Shown here in pieces: positions 1 to 8,394 of a DNA stretch of 44,455 nucleotides. The stretch comes from Paracoccaceae bacterium. GTDB lineage: Bacteria > Pseudomonadota > Alphaproteobacteria > Rhodobacterales > Rhodobacteraceae. Position numbers and translations under genes: made by a program. The notes under the pieces were generated by a model, which saw nothing but the letters and a program-made list of their open reading frames with translations, was not told where the DNA came from and searched no databases. The stretch lies in assembly GCA_046541255.1 (NCBI GenBank), contig JBKHDP010000001.1, positions 1-44,455 on the forward strand. The letters run 5' to 3'. The stretch's first letter is position 1. Every line of letters begins with the position of its first letter.

Positions 1-269
1 AGGCCTCGAACTGGCTGCTCATCAACCTGCAGAGCCATTCGGACCACCATTACAAGCCCGACCGGCGCTTTCCGCTGCTGCAGAACTACACCGAGGACGA
101 GGCGCCCCAATTGCCCTACGGCTACCCGGTGATGACCGTCCTGGCACAGATCCCGCCGCTCTGGCGGCGGATGATGAATCCGCGTGTCCGCGCCTGGCGC
201 CGGCGTTTCTATCCCGAGATCGTGGACTGGAAGCCCTACAACAAGGCGCAGACCCCGCCGCCCCGCTAG
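1..269 (+). CDS. alkB: alkane 1-monooxygenase (membrane di-iron hydroxylase), 3' partial
   Basis: Not in the ORF track. Frame from nt 3 reads ASNWLLINLQSHSDHHYKPDRRFPLLQNYTEDEAPQLPYGYPVM...IPPLWRRMMNPRV, stop TAG 267-269. This matches the AlkB third His box and the PQLPxGY C-terminal motif. Confidence 0.88.
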   Translation, partial: ASNWLLINLQSHSDHHYKPDRRFPLLQNYTEDEAPQLPYGYPVMTVLAQIPPLWRRMMNPRVRAWRRRFYPEIVDWKPYNKAQTPPPR

Positions 270-282
270 GGGCCGCGCATGC

Positions 283-987
283 TCACGGGTGTCGGAAAGC
301 CTGGGTCCCGATCAGCAACTCGTGATCCTGCCGCAGCGTCTCGTTGGTGAGGATCGCGCGGTCGCGCGCGAGGAACACATGCCATGTCTGCAGCGCGATC
401 GGGCGCGGCTGCGCGAAGGCGCGGCAGGTCAGCACCGCGATGTTGCAACGCCCGGACGGATCGCGGACCGAACGGTAGCGGATTGCCTCGGCCCCGTCGC
501 CGCGCAGCCTTTCCGCGAAATCGCAGCAGGGGCCGTATTCGGTGGGATGGGTCCAGGGGCCCAGCGGCGCAACCTCGGGGTGGGTCAGGTCGATCGCAAC
601 GGGTGCCGCGATCTCGGCCTGGATCGCGGTGTGGGCCGTGGTGGTATTGGGCAAGGGGGTTCCGGGCGAGGCGCGATAGAATTTCACCAGCCCCCAGGCG
701 CTTTCGATCGCGGCCGTCAGCGCCGCCTCCGAGGCATAGAACACGCCCGGCGTGTGCCCCGCCCGCCGAAACCGGGAATTGCCGGGGTAGCGGCCATAGC
801 GGAAGGGAGAGCGGAACTGGTAGTCCAGATGCGCGCAGTCCGCCGGCACGGCGGGCTTGCTGGCCTCCAGCAGCGCCTCCAGCCGATGCTGTTCGGACAG
901 GGTATCGACGATCTTCTGGGTCGAGGGGCGATACTGGCCCTCGATCACGCGCCAGACATTGCCGCGAAACGGCTCAAAGGGGAGCAC
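283..987 (-). CDS. RES-domain toxin (RES family NAD+ phosphorylase/mART-like)
   Basis: VWRVIE, SPFRYGRY..SRFRR, GVFYASE..AAIE, AIRYRSVRDP..CNIAV carry the R/E/S signature; overlaps the upstream antitoxin by 14 nt. Confidence 0.88.
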   Translation of the reverse strand: MLPFEPFRGNVWRVIEGQYRPSTQKIVDTLSEQHRLEALLEASKPAVPADCAHLDYQFRSPFRYGRYPGNSRFRRAGHTPGVFYASEAALTAAIESAWGLVKFYRASPGTPLPNTTTAHTAIQAEIAAPVAIDLTHPEVAPLGPWTHPTEYGPCCDFAERLRGDGAEAIRYRSVRDPSGRCNIAVLTCRAFAQPRPIALQTWHVFLARDRAILTNETLRQDHELLIGTQAFRHP

Positions 988-1357
988 GCGCCGCGTCCAG
1001 GTAGCCCATCACCGCCACCAGCCCCGCGGCGCTGCGGACCAGCTCGGCCGGAACGCCGTTCAGGTCGGTGTTGCGGTTGCGCATCCAGGCGCGATTGGTG
1101 GCCGTATCGCCGCCGCTGATCGCATCGAGAGAGCGGAACACCCGGATCAGGTAGAGCGCCAGCTCCAGCGACTTGCCGGCGACCGGCACCACGCCTTCCT
1201 TCATGCGCGAGACCTGCGGCGCGCTGACCCCGATCGCCTCGGCGATCTCGGCCTGTTTCAGGCCAAGCGCCAGCCCCGCCCGCACCACGGCCTTGGCAAC
1301 CAGCCGGCCGTCTTCCGAGCTGGCGTCGGCGAGACGTTCCTGAACGGCGTTTTCCAT
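974..1357 (-). CDS. Xre/MbcA/ParS-type antitoxin (HTH plus DUF2384-like toxin-binding domain)
   Basis: HTH LGLKQAEIAEAIGVSAPQVSRM; C-terminal AWMRNRNTDLNGVPAELVRSAAGLVAVMGYLDA. ATG 1357 (alternative GTG 1366). Confidence 0.88.
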   Translation of the reverse strand: MENAVQERLADASSEDGRLVAKAVVRAGLALGLKQAEIAEAIGVSAPQVSRMKEGVVPVAGKSLELALYLIRVFRSLDAISGGDTATNRAWMRNRNTDLNGVPAELVRSAAGLVAVMGYLDAARAPL

Positions 1358-1379
1358 TTCAATCACCCCATTTGGGAAC

Positions 1380-1410
1380 GAAATGTATTATTTCTTTCCT
1401 CAGAAAGCAA
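1380..1410 (-). promoter_or_regulatory. sigma70-like promoter of the TA operon with overlapping inverted repeats (candidate operators)
   Basis: Minus strand TTGCTT-N17-TACATT (1410-1382). Palindromes GAAAT-N5-ATTTC (1380-1394) and CTTTC-N4-GAAAG (1394-1407). Confidence 0.6.
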
Positions 1411-1450
1411 GACGGCACAAAAGCTCTTGCCGGCTCTGATGGCGCCCCGC

Positions 1451-2434
1451 CTAGGGGATCACCAGGCGCGGTGCCGGCCCGATCGGGATCGGGCCAAGGC
1501 TGGCAACCCGGTTGCGGAAACTCAGCGGAAGGTCCAGCGTCTCGGGATTGCCGGACAGGCCCGCCAGCAGCGACAGCCCTTCCAGAAGCGTGTTGGCAAG
1601 GCCGGGCGCCAGCATGCCGCCCTCGCGCCCCAGCCGCAGGATCTCGCGCCAGTTCTGCGCGCGCAGGTCCAGCCGGCCCTCGGGCCAGCCCTCCTCATCC
1701 ACCTCCAGCCGCCCCGCGGCCTCCAGTTCAAGCCCGCCCCAACGCAGTTCCGCCCTGGTGATCTTCACCTGCCGGGGTTGAGGGCGCACCCCTTCCACCG
1801 CCGCCATGTCCCAAGGGCGGTCGAACTCCACAGTCAGGTCGGCGCGCACCGCCTCCAGCGTCTCGGGCAGGCCGCGCGCCATCGGCGCGGGCGGGGCCAC
1901 CCCGTCGGCAGTGACGGCAAACCGGTAGCTGGCCCCCGCCGCAGCCTCTCGCCTGACCGCCGCCGACAGCCGCGCCACTGCCCAGGCGCCGCCCTCGCCC
2001 GGCGTCAGGGTCAGCGTTTCGGCCGCCAGGTTCGCGCGCTCCAGCGCCAGCGGCGCGTCGGGCCGCAAGATCAGGCTGGCGCGCATGTCCTGCCCGGCGA
2101 CGCCCAGCTTGCCGCGCGGCGTGGCCAGCAGGAAATCCTCGGGCCAGACGGCGATAAGGTGCCGGGGCCGGTAACTCAGACGCATCAGATGGAAGTCCGG
2201 CGCCTCCCAGGCCAGGCCGGAGGCCGGATCGGCCAGCGACAGGTCTGTCAGCCTCAGGTCGAAGCGGTTGGGAAATCCCCGCACCGACAGCGTGTCATGC
2301 TCCGCCACCCAGCCATCGGCACGGCGCTCGGCGAACCAGTCCTCGTAGGCGGCGCGCAGTTCCTGCGCGCCCCAGATCCACAAGCCCGCCCATCCAAGGG
2401 CGGCCAGCAGGATCACCAGCAACAGGCGTTTCAC
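1451..2434 (-). CDS. DUF2125 domain-containing protein
   Basis: N-terminal TM, VRGFPNRFDLRL motif, C-terminal LPLSF..LGPIPIGPAPRL; divergent from chaC. Confidence 0.85.
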   Translation of the reverse strand: MKRLLLVILLAALGWAGLWIWGAQELRAAYEDWFAERRADGWVAEHDTLSVRGFPNRFDLRLTDLSLADPASGLAWEAPDFHLMRLSYRPRHLIAVWPEDFLLATPRGKLGVAGQDMRASLILRPDAPLALERANLAAETLTLTPGEGGAWAVARLSAAVRREAAAGASYRFAVTADGVAPPAPMARGLPETLEAVRADLTVEFDRPWDMAAVEGVRPQPRQVKITRAELRWGGLELEAAGRLEVDEEGWPEGRLDLRAQNWREILRLGREGGMLAPGLANTLLEGLSLLAGLSGNPETLDLPLSFRNRVASLGPIPIGPAPRLVIP

Positions 2435-2500
2435 GCAGGTCCCCTTTGCATCCGCCGCAAGGATCGTGTTTAACCGCGCGCCGAGGAAAGGAAAAGTCGC

Positions 2501-3025
2501 ATGTGGGTGTTCGGCTACGGCTCGCTACTGTGGAATCCCGGCTTCGAGGTGGCCGAGCGCCGCCTCGCGGTGCTGCCCGGCTGGCACCGCAGCTTCTGCA
2601 TGCGCTCGATCCACCATCGCGGCACCGAGGCCGCGCCGGGGCTGGTACTGGCGCTGGACGCCGCGGACGGCGCGATGTGCAACGGCGTGGCGCTCTCTCC
2701 TCGCCCCGGATCGGAAGACGCGACGCTGGCCTATCTGCGCGAGCGCGAACTGATCTCCTCGGCCTATCTGGAGCGGCGGCTGCATGTCCAGCTGGACGAC
2801 GGCCGCCAGGTTGAGGCGGTCACCTACGTGATCGACCCGCAGCATGTGCAATATTGCGGCGGGCTGCCCATGGAAGAGCAGGCCGCGATCATCGCGCGGG
2901 CCATCGGCGGGCGCGGTCCGAACGACGAGTACCTGCACAATACCGCGGCGCATCTCGCGGAACTGGGCATCCGCGATGCAGACCTCGAATGGCTGTCGGA
3001 GAGGGTCCGCGCGCTGACCGGATAG
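2501..3025 (+). CDS. chaC: ChaC-family glutathione-specific gamma-glutamylcyclotransferase
   Basis: MWVFGYGSLLWNPGF, HRGT..PGLVL, YLREREL, GRGPNDEYL. Confidence 0.92.
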   Translation: MWVFGYGSLLWNPGFEVAERRLAVLPGWHRSFCMRSIHHRGTEAAPGLVLALDAADGAMCNGVALSPRPGSEDATLAYLRERELISSAYLERRLHVQLDDGRQVEAVTYVIDPQHVQYCGGLPMEEQAAIIARAIGGRGPNDEYLHNTAAHLAELGIRDADLEWLSERVRALTG

Positions 3026-3089
3026 TGCCTTGGCTTGCCTTGGCCAAACCCTTAGGGTGCGCGTGGAAAACCTGAATGGGAACCCCCGG

Positions 3090-4316
3090 ATGCACCAGCC
3101 GGACCTCGAGGCCGCGCCGCAATTCTCGCAACCTGTCCGCCAGATCCTGCTGATGCTGATCGCATTGGGGCTGACGGGCTTCGGCGCGTTCGTGGCACTG
3201 CCCCGTGTGCTGCCGGTTTTCGAGGCAAACCCCTATCTCAACGGCTTCATTTTCGTGGTCTTCGTGATCGGGGTGCTGGCCTGTTTCTGGCAGGTGGCGC
3301 AGCTGATCGCCTCGGTTCGCTGGATCGAGGCCTTCGCCAGCGGCCGGGGCGTGGACCAGATCAAGACCCCCCTGCTGCTGGCGCCGCTGGCCACGCTGCT
3401 GCGCTCGCGCGGGCACCGGATGCAGATCTCGGCGACGTCCACGCGGTCGATCCTCGATTCCGTCGCAACCCGCATCGACGAGGCGCGCGAGATCACGCGC
3501 TACATCGTCAACATGCTGATCTTCCTGGGCCTTCTGGGTACGTTCTACGGGCTGGCGACCACCGTTCCCGCGGTGGTGGACACGATCCGCAACCTTGCGC
3601 CCCAGGAAGGCGACGAAAGCGTGGAGGTGTTCAGCCGCCTGATGAGCGGGCTGGAAGACCAGCTTGGCGGCATGGGCATCGCCTTTGCTTCGTCGCTGCT
3701 GGGGCTTGCCGGCTCGCTGGTCGTGGGCCTGCTGGAACTCTTCGCCGGGCATGGGCAGAACCGTTTCTACCGCGAGCTCGAGGAATGGCTGTCCTCGATC
3801 ACGCGGCTGGGCTTTTCGCATGACGGCGATGGCGGGGTGGATCAGAATGCCGTGGTGGCGGTGATCGACCACATGGCCGACCAGATGGAGCAGCTGCAGC
3901 AGATGTTCGCCCAGTCCGACGAAAGCCGGGCCATGGTGGACGACAAGCTGGGCCAGCTTGCGGACTCGCTGGAACGGATGACCGAGCGCATCGAGGCCAC
4001 CGCGCCCTCCTCCAACGCGCTCATGCGCGTGGCCGAGGGGCAGGAGCGGCTGGCCGCGATCCTCGAATCGCAGGAACGCCACGAGGGGCTGGACGCCGAA
4101 AGCCGGATGCGCCTGCGCTCGATCGACGTGCAGATGCTGCGGATGCTGGAAGAGATGTCCGCCGGCCGGCAGGAAAGCATGGCCGAACTGCGCACCGACC
4201 TGGCCGCGCTGACCCGGGCCGTCAACCAGCTTGGCGCCCGGACCCGCGGCGCGCAGCCCGTGGCCTCGTCCCGGCTCCGTCCGCCGCAGCGCGAGGGACG
4301 GGAAGGGGAGGGCTAG
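3090..4316 (+). CDS. MotA/TolQ/ExbB-family proton-channel membrane protein
   Basis: Four hydrophobic segments, LIFLGLLGTFYGL and GMGIAFASSLLGL motifs, helical C-terminal tail. ATG 3090 preferred to TTG 3030. Confidence 0.82.
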   Translation: MHQPDLEAAPQFSQPVRQILLMLIALGLTGFGAFVALPRVLPVFEANPYLNGFIFVVFVIGVLACFWQVAQLIASVRWIEAFASGRGVDQIKTPLLLAPLATLLRSRGHRMQISATSTRSILDSVATRIDEAREITRYIVNMLIFLGLLGTFYGLATTVPAVVDTIRNLAPQEGDESVEVFSRLMSGLEDQLGGMGIAFASSLLGLAGSLVVGLLELFAGHGQNRFYRELEEWLSSITRLGFSHDGDGGVDQNAVVAVIDHMADQMEQLQQMFAQSDESRAMVDDKLGQLADSLERMTERIEATAPSSNALMRVAEGQERLAAILESQERHEGLDAESRMRLRSIDVQMLRMLEEMSAGRQESMAELRTDLAALTRAVNQLGARTRGAQPVASSRLRPPQREGREGEG

Positions 4317-4319
4317 GGC

Positions 4320-6953
4320 ATGGCGCTGTCCCGCCGGACCGGGCAACGCTTCCAGGCCTCGATCTGGCCCGGATTCGTGGATGCGATGACGGGACTGCTG
4401 CTGGTGCTGATCTTCGTGCTCAGCATCTTCATGCTGGTGCAGTTCGTCCTGAACGAGACCATCACCGGCCAGCGGTCCGAACTCGACACGCTGTCCGGAG
4501 AGGTCAGTACATTGGCCCGGGCGCTGGGCATGGAGCAACGCCGCAACGCCGACCTGGAAGACCGGGTAGGCGAATTGTCGGCGACGCTGGAGGATGCCGA
4601 GGACGAGGTCGGGCGACAGGCCGCGCTGATCGACACGTTGCGGACCGAGCGCGCCGAACAGGACGCCGCACTCGACGAGGCGCGCGGGCGCATCGCCTCT
4701 TTCGAAGAGCAGGTGGCGGGGCTGCTGGCGCAACGGTCCGACGACGAGGCGCGCATCGCCACGCTGGAAGACAGCCGCGACGACCTGCAATCCGAGCGTG
4801 ACGCGCTGGAAACCGCGCTCGCCACCGCCCGCGACGAGATCGACGCCCAGCAGGAGACCGCGAGGCTGGCCGCCGCCCGGCGCGAGGCGCTCGAGGCGCT
4901 GGTTGCGGATCTGCGCGCCGAGACCGCCGCCGGCGAAGAGGCGCGCGGCGCGCTGACGGCCCAGGTGGCCGAGCTGGAAGAGGCCCTGACCGAAGAAGAG
5001 GCTGCCAGGCTGGCCGAGGCCGCGGCCGCCGAGGCGCTGCGCGACCGGCTGGAAAATTCCGAGGCCGAACTGACGGCGATGTCCCTCGCTCTCGAGGAAC
5101 AGCGCGCCGAGGCCGAGCGCACGCTCACCCTGTTGGCCGCCGCCGAGGCCGCGAGCGAGGATCTGAACGCCAAGCTGGCCGCGGCGTTGCTGGCGCAGGA
5201 AGGGCTGGAGGCCGATCTGGCCACCGCGCGCGACCGCGCCTCCGAGGCCGAAGGCACGGCCCAGGATCGCGCCGCCAGGGTCGCCGAACTCGAGGAGCGG
5301 CTGGCGCTGGCCCTGGCCGAGACCGACAGCCAGGCGGAGCGGCTCGACGATCTGGAGACCCGGCTGGCCGCCGCGCTGGTCTCGGGCGAGACCGCGCGGG
5401 CAGACGCGGAAGCCCTGCGCGAGACGCTCGCGGCCGTGCAGGACGATGCCGCGATGCGGCTGACCGAGGCCGAGGCGGCTCTGGCCACCGCGCTGTTGCA
5501 GGCCGAAACCCGCGCCCAAGAGGCGCAGGACGCTCGGGCGCAGGCCGAAGCCGCCGAATCCGAGGCCGGATCCCTGCGCGAGCGGCTGGCCAGCGCGCTG
5601 GAACGGATCGCCGCAGGCGAGGCCGGAGAGGAGGCGCTGCGCGACCGGCTGGCCGCCGCGGAACGCGCTTCGGAAGCGGCCACGGCCCGCGCCGAGGCCG
5701 CCGAGACCCGCGCCGCCGCCGCCGAAACCCGACTGGAGTCCGAATTGGCCGCTGCCGCCGAAAGCGCCAGCGAAACCGAAGCCCGTCTGCGCGACGATCT
5801 GGCCGCTGCCCAGGCCGAGACGGCAGAGGCGCAGGCCGCGCTGTCCGATGCGCAGGATCGCGCCGCATCGCTGCAACAGGAGGTCGAGGCCCGTACCGAG
5901 CTGGAACGCCAGCTGGCCGCCGCCCTGTCCGCCCGTCTGGACGCCGAGCAGCAGACCGAGGATCTGGGTGCGCAACTCGCCGCCGCCATCGCCGCCCGCG
6001 AAGACGTGGAAGTCGACGCCGCCCGTACCCGCGAGCGTCTGGCCGCCGCGCTGGCCGCGCGCGACCAGGCCGAGGCCGAGACCGAGACGCTGCGTGCCGA
6101 TCTTGCCGAGACCCGCGATAACCTGGAACAGGCATTGGCCCGCGCCGCCGCCGCACGCGGCGACGCCGAGGACATGCTGTCGGAGAACGTGCGCCAGCAG
6201 ATGCTCCTGAACCAGGCCAATGAAACGTTGGAAGACGAACGCGCCCGCGCCACCGAGGCCGAGCGCGAAACCGCGCTTCTCAACCGTCAGGTCGCGCAGC
6301 TGAACCGTCAGCTGCGTCGGCTGCAGGCGCTGCTCGACGCCTCGCAGAGCGAGGAAGAGGCGCAGGAGGTCAGGATCGAGTCGCTGGGCCAGGATCTGAA
6401 CGCGGCGCTTGCGCGTGCCGCCGCCGCAGAACGCCGCGCCCGCCTGCTGGAGGAGGAACGCGCCCGGCGGCTGGAAGCCGAAAACGAGAACCTGGCGAAA
6501 TACCGCTCGGATTTCTTCGGCCAGCTGCGCGACCTCATGGGCGCGCAGGAGGGCGTCCGTATCGAGGGCGACCGCTTCGTGTTCTCTTCCGAGGTGCTGT
6601 TCCCGCCCGGCGAGGCCGAGATATCGGACGCCGGCCGGGCCGAGATTGCCAAGGTGGCCACGATCCTCAAGGGCGTGATGGACGAGATCCCCGACAGTCT
6701 CGACTGGGTGATCCGCGTGGACGGGCATACCGACGACGTGCCCGTGCGAGAGAACGCCGCCTTCGAGGACAACTGGGAACTCAGCCAGGCCCGTGCCCTG
6801 TCGGTGGTGCGCTACATGATCGACGCGCATGACATCCCGCCGGGCCGGCTGGCAGCCAACGGCTTCGGCGAGTTCCAGCCCGTCAACCCGGCCAGCACCG
6901 CCGAGGCGCGGGCCCAGAACCGCCGGATCGAACTGAAGCTGACCGAGAAATAG
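4320..6953 (+). CDS. MotB/OmpA-family peptidoglycan-binding protein with very long coiled coil
   Basis: IWPGFVDAMTGLLLVLIFVL (TM with conserved Asp), ~685-aa Ala/Glu/Arg coiled coil, C-terminal OmpA domain (IRVDGHTD..NWELSQARA..G+GEFQP..QNRRIE). Confidence 0.88.
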   Translation: MALSRRTGQRFQASIWPGFVDAMTGLLLVLIFVLSIFMLVQFVLNETITGQRSELDTLSGEVSTLARALGMEQRRNADLEDRVGELSATLEDAEDEVGRQAALIDTLRTERAEQDAALDEARGRIASFEEQVAGLLAQRSDDEARIATLEDSRDDLQSERDALETALATARDEIDAQQETARLAAARREALEALVADLRAETAAGEEARGALTAQVAELEEALTEEEAARLAEAAAAEALRDRLENSEAELTAMSLALEEQRAEAERTLTLLAAAEAASEDLNAKLAAALLAQEGLEADLATARDRASEAEGTAQDRAARVAELEERLALALAETDSQAERLDDLETRLAAALVSGETARADAEALRETLAAVQDDAAMRLTEAEAALATALLQAETRAQEAQDARAQAEAAESEAGSLRERLASALERIAAGEAGEEALRDRLAAAERASEAATARAEAAETRAAAAETRLESELAAAAESASETEARLRDDLAAAQAETAEAQAALSDAQDRAASLQQEVEARTELERQLAAALSARLDAEQQTEDLGAQLAAAIAAREDVEVDAARTRERLAAALAARDQAEAETETLRADLAETRDNLEQALARAAAARGDAEDMLSENVRQQMLLNQANETLEDERARATEAERETALLNRQVAQLNRQLRRLQALLDASQSEEEAQEVRIESLGQDLNAALARAAAAERRARLLEEERARRLEAENENLAKYRSDFFGQLRDLMGAQEGVRIEGDRFVFSSEVLFPPGEAEISDAGRAEIAKVATILKGVMDEIPDSLDWVIRVDGHTDDVPVRENAAFEDNWELSQARALSVVRYMIDAHDIPPGRLAANGFGEFQPVNPASTAEARAQNRRIELKLTEK
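5901..6089 (+). repeat. three 63-nt (21-aa) imperfect tandem coding repeats in the coiled coil
   Basis: LERQLAAALSARLDAEQQTED / LGAQLAAAIAAREDVEVDAAR / TRERLAAALAARDQAEAETET start at 5901, 5964 and 6027. Confidence 0.65.
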
Positions 6954-6992
6954 CCGCTCCGGTCCGACGACCGCGCCGGGCCATCGGCATTC

Positions 6993-7370
6993 TCAACGCT
7001 GATAGACGAAGCGGGCGTTCACACCGTAGTTCACCGCGAAGGCCACCGCGATGCCGACCGCCTTGGCCAGCAGCGGTGCGACGCCCAGCCCGGCGATGAA
7101 AAGCGTCACGCCCATGTTCACCGAAAGGCCGATGGCGGCCCCCAGGGCGAAGGCCGGCAGACGGTGCAGGCTGATGGGCACTCCGAAGACGAAACGCGAC
7201 GACAGGCCGAAATTGACCAGCAGGGCCAGCAGGAAGCTCAGCAGGCCGGCGCCGGCCAGGGGCAGGCCCGCCGCGAGAAGCAGCGCCAGCCCGCCCAGAT
7301 CCACCAGCGCCGCCGTCCCGCCCGTCGCGGCATAGCGCAGCACACGGCGCATGTCCGGCAGCGCCCGCAT
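6993..7370 (-). CDS. GtrA-family flippase-like membrane protein
   Basis: LRYAATGGTAALVDLG..., NFGLSSRFVF, LLAKAVGIAVAFAVNYGVNARFVY; 4 TM; ATG 7370 lies 1 nt after the UbiA stop. Confidence 0.88.
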   Translation of the reverse strand: MRALPDMRRVLRYAATGGTAALVDLGGLALLLAAGLPLAGAGLLSFLLALLVNFGLSSRFVFGVPISLHRLPAFALGAAIGLSVNMGVTLFIAGLGVAPLLAKAVGIAVAFAVNYGVNARFVYQR

Positions 7371-7371
7371 G

Positions 7372-8394
7372 TCACGGCCCCTCGGAGCGGCCGGGGAAGG
7401 TGACAGAGCCGTGCAGATCGATGAAATGCTGCTCAGCCAGCAGATCGAGCAACGGGATGTCGACAAAGGTGGTGACCGCGAACAGGATCGCCGTCAGGCT
7501 CGCCGCCGCGACCAGCCGCCTTTCCCGAAACAGCCTCTCCGGCTTTCGCGCCACGGAGCCCGCTTTCAGCGACAGCGCGTAATACTGGGCGAACAGGTAG
7601 ACGACGACAGGAAAGATCAGGACATATTCGATCCGGTACTTGGTCACGAAAACCGCCAGGACCATGGTGCAGAGCAGCGCATAGGTGAGGTTTGCAACCG
7701 ACAGCCGCGCCTCGGTGTAATACGCGAAGGACTTGCGGTAGAGCGCGAGCCGTTCCTGTCCCAGTTCGGCGGTGATGTCGCGAAACTCCGCCAGCCGCTT
7801 GGTGTTCATCAGGAACGCGCCGCCGAACCAGAAGCTGAGCAGAACGGACATCGGCGGCAATGTGAGCGGATCGACCATGGCCCAGCCCAGCATCAGCCGC
7901 AGCGGATTGTTCAGCGACTCCGAGAGCACGTCCACATAGGGCCGTTCCTTGCTGCGGATCGGGGGCACGTTGTAGACGACCCCGGCCAGAAGGAAGCACA
8001 GCGTGATGCCCGCGAAGGCGGCGTTGACCAGCAGTCCCAGTGCGATGGCGGCGCCGGCAAGGGCCGCGTAGGCGAAATAGACCACGCGGCTGTCCAGCGC
8101 GACCTGCACCGCCGCGCGTTCCGACTTCTCCGGGTGGTGGCGGTCGAAATCGCGGTCCAGCCACTCGTTGATGACGTAATTCGCCGAAGCCGCGCAGACC
8201 GCCGCCAGAAGCCCCGCGACGATGTTGAACGCAAGGGCCTCTCCCTGGTCACCGCGCAGCAGCAGCGCCAGGGCAATGCCGGGCAGGATGAAGACATGCT
8301 TGGTGGCGTGGTCGAGGCGCGCCAACCGAAGGTAATCGCGGACACTCGCTTCGGGCGTGGCGACGCCTGCCGCAAGGCTGTGGTCTCTGCTCAT
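7372..8394 (-). CDS. UbiA-family polyprenyl-phosphate 5-phosphoribosyltransferase (DPPR synthase-like)
   Basis: LARLDHATKH, ASANYVINEWLDRDFDRHHPEKSERA, YNVPP.RSKERPYVDV, NNPLR, KRLAE, RKSFAYYT resemble the decaprenyl-P phosphoribosyltransferase subfamily rather than 4-hydroxybenzoate UbiA. Confidence 0.82.
   Translation of the reverse strand: MSRDHSLAAGVATPEASVRDYLRLARLDHATKHVFILPGIALALLLRGDQGEALAFNIVAGLLAAVCAASANYVINEWLDRDFDRHHPEKSERAAVQVALDSRVVYFAYAALAGAAIALGLLVNAAFAGITLCFLLAGVVYNVPPIRSKERPYVDVLSESLNNPLRLMLGWAMVDPLTLPPMSVLLSFWFGGAFLMNTKRLAEFRDITAELGQERLALYRKSFAYYTEARLSVANLTYALLCTMVLAVFVTKYRIEYVLIFPVVVYLFAQYYALSLKAGSVARKPERLFRERRLVAAASLTAILFAVTTFVDIPLLDLLAEQHFIDLHGSVTFPGRSEGP

Noticed and set aside
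2889-6830. 1313-aa minus-strand ORF and many other long overlapping ORFs (e.g. 857-2473, 8616-10886, 37278-39326, 41832-44411)
   Set aside because: Shadow frames of well-supported genes in high-GC DNA; no recognisable motifs and skewed R/G/P/A composition.
3090-6953. Zorya anti-phage system or flagellar stator
   Set aside because: No zorC/D/E or flagellar genes nearby; the long rod is on the B subunit; neighbours are housekeeping-type genes.
7372-8394. ubiquinone biosynthesis ubiA
   Set aside because: The DxxHPxKxxR motif and GtrA/HAD context fit the phosphoribosyltransferase subfamily.
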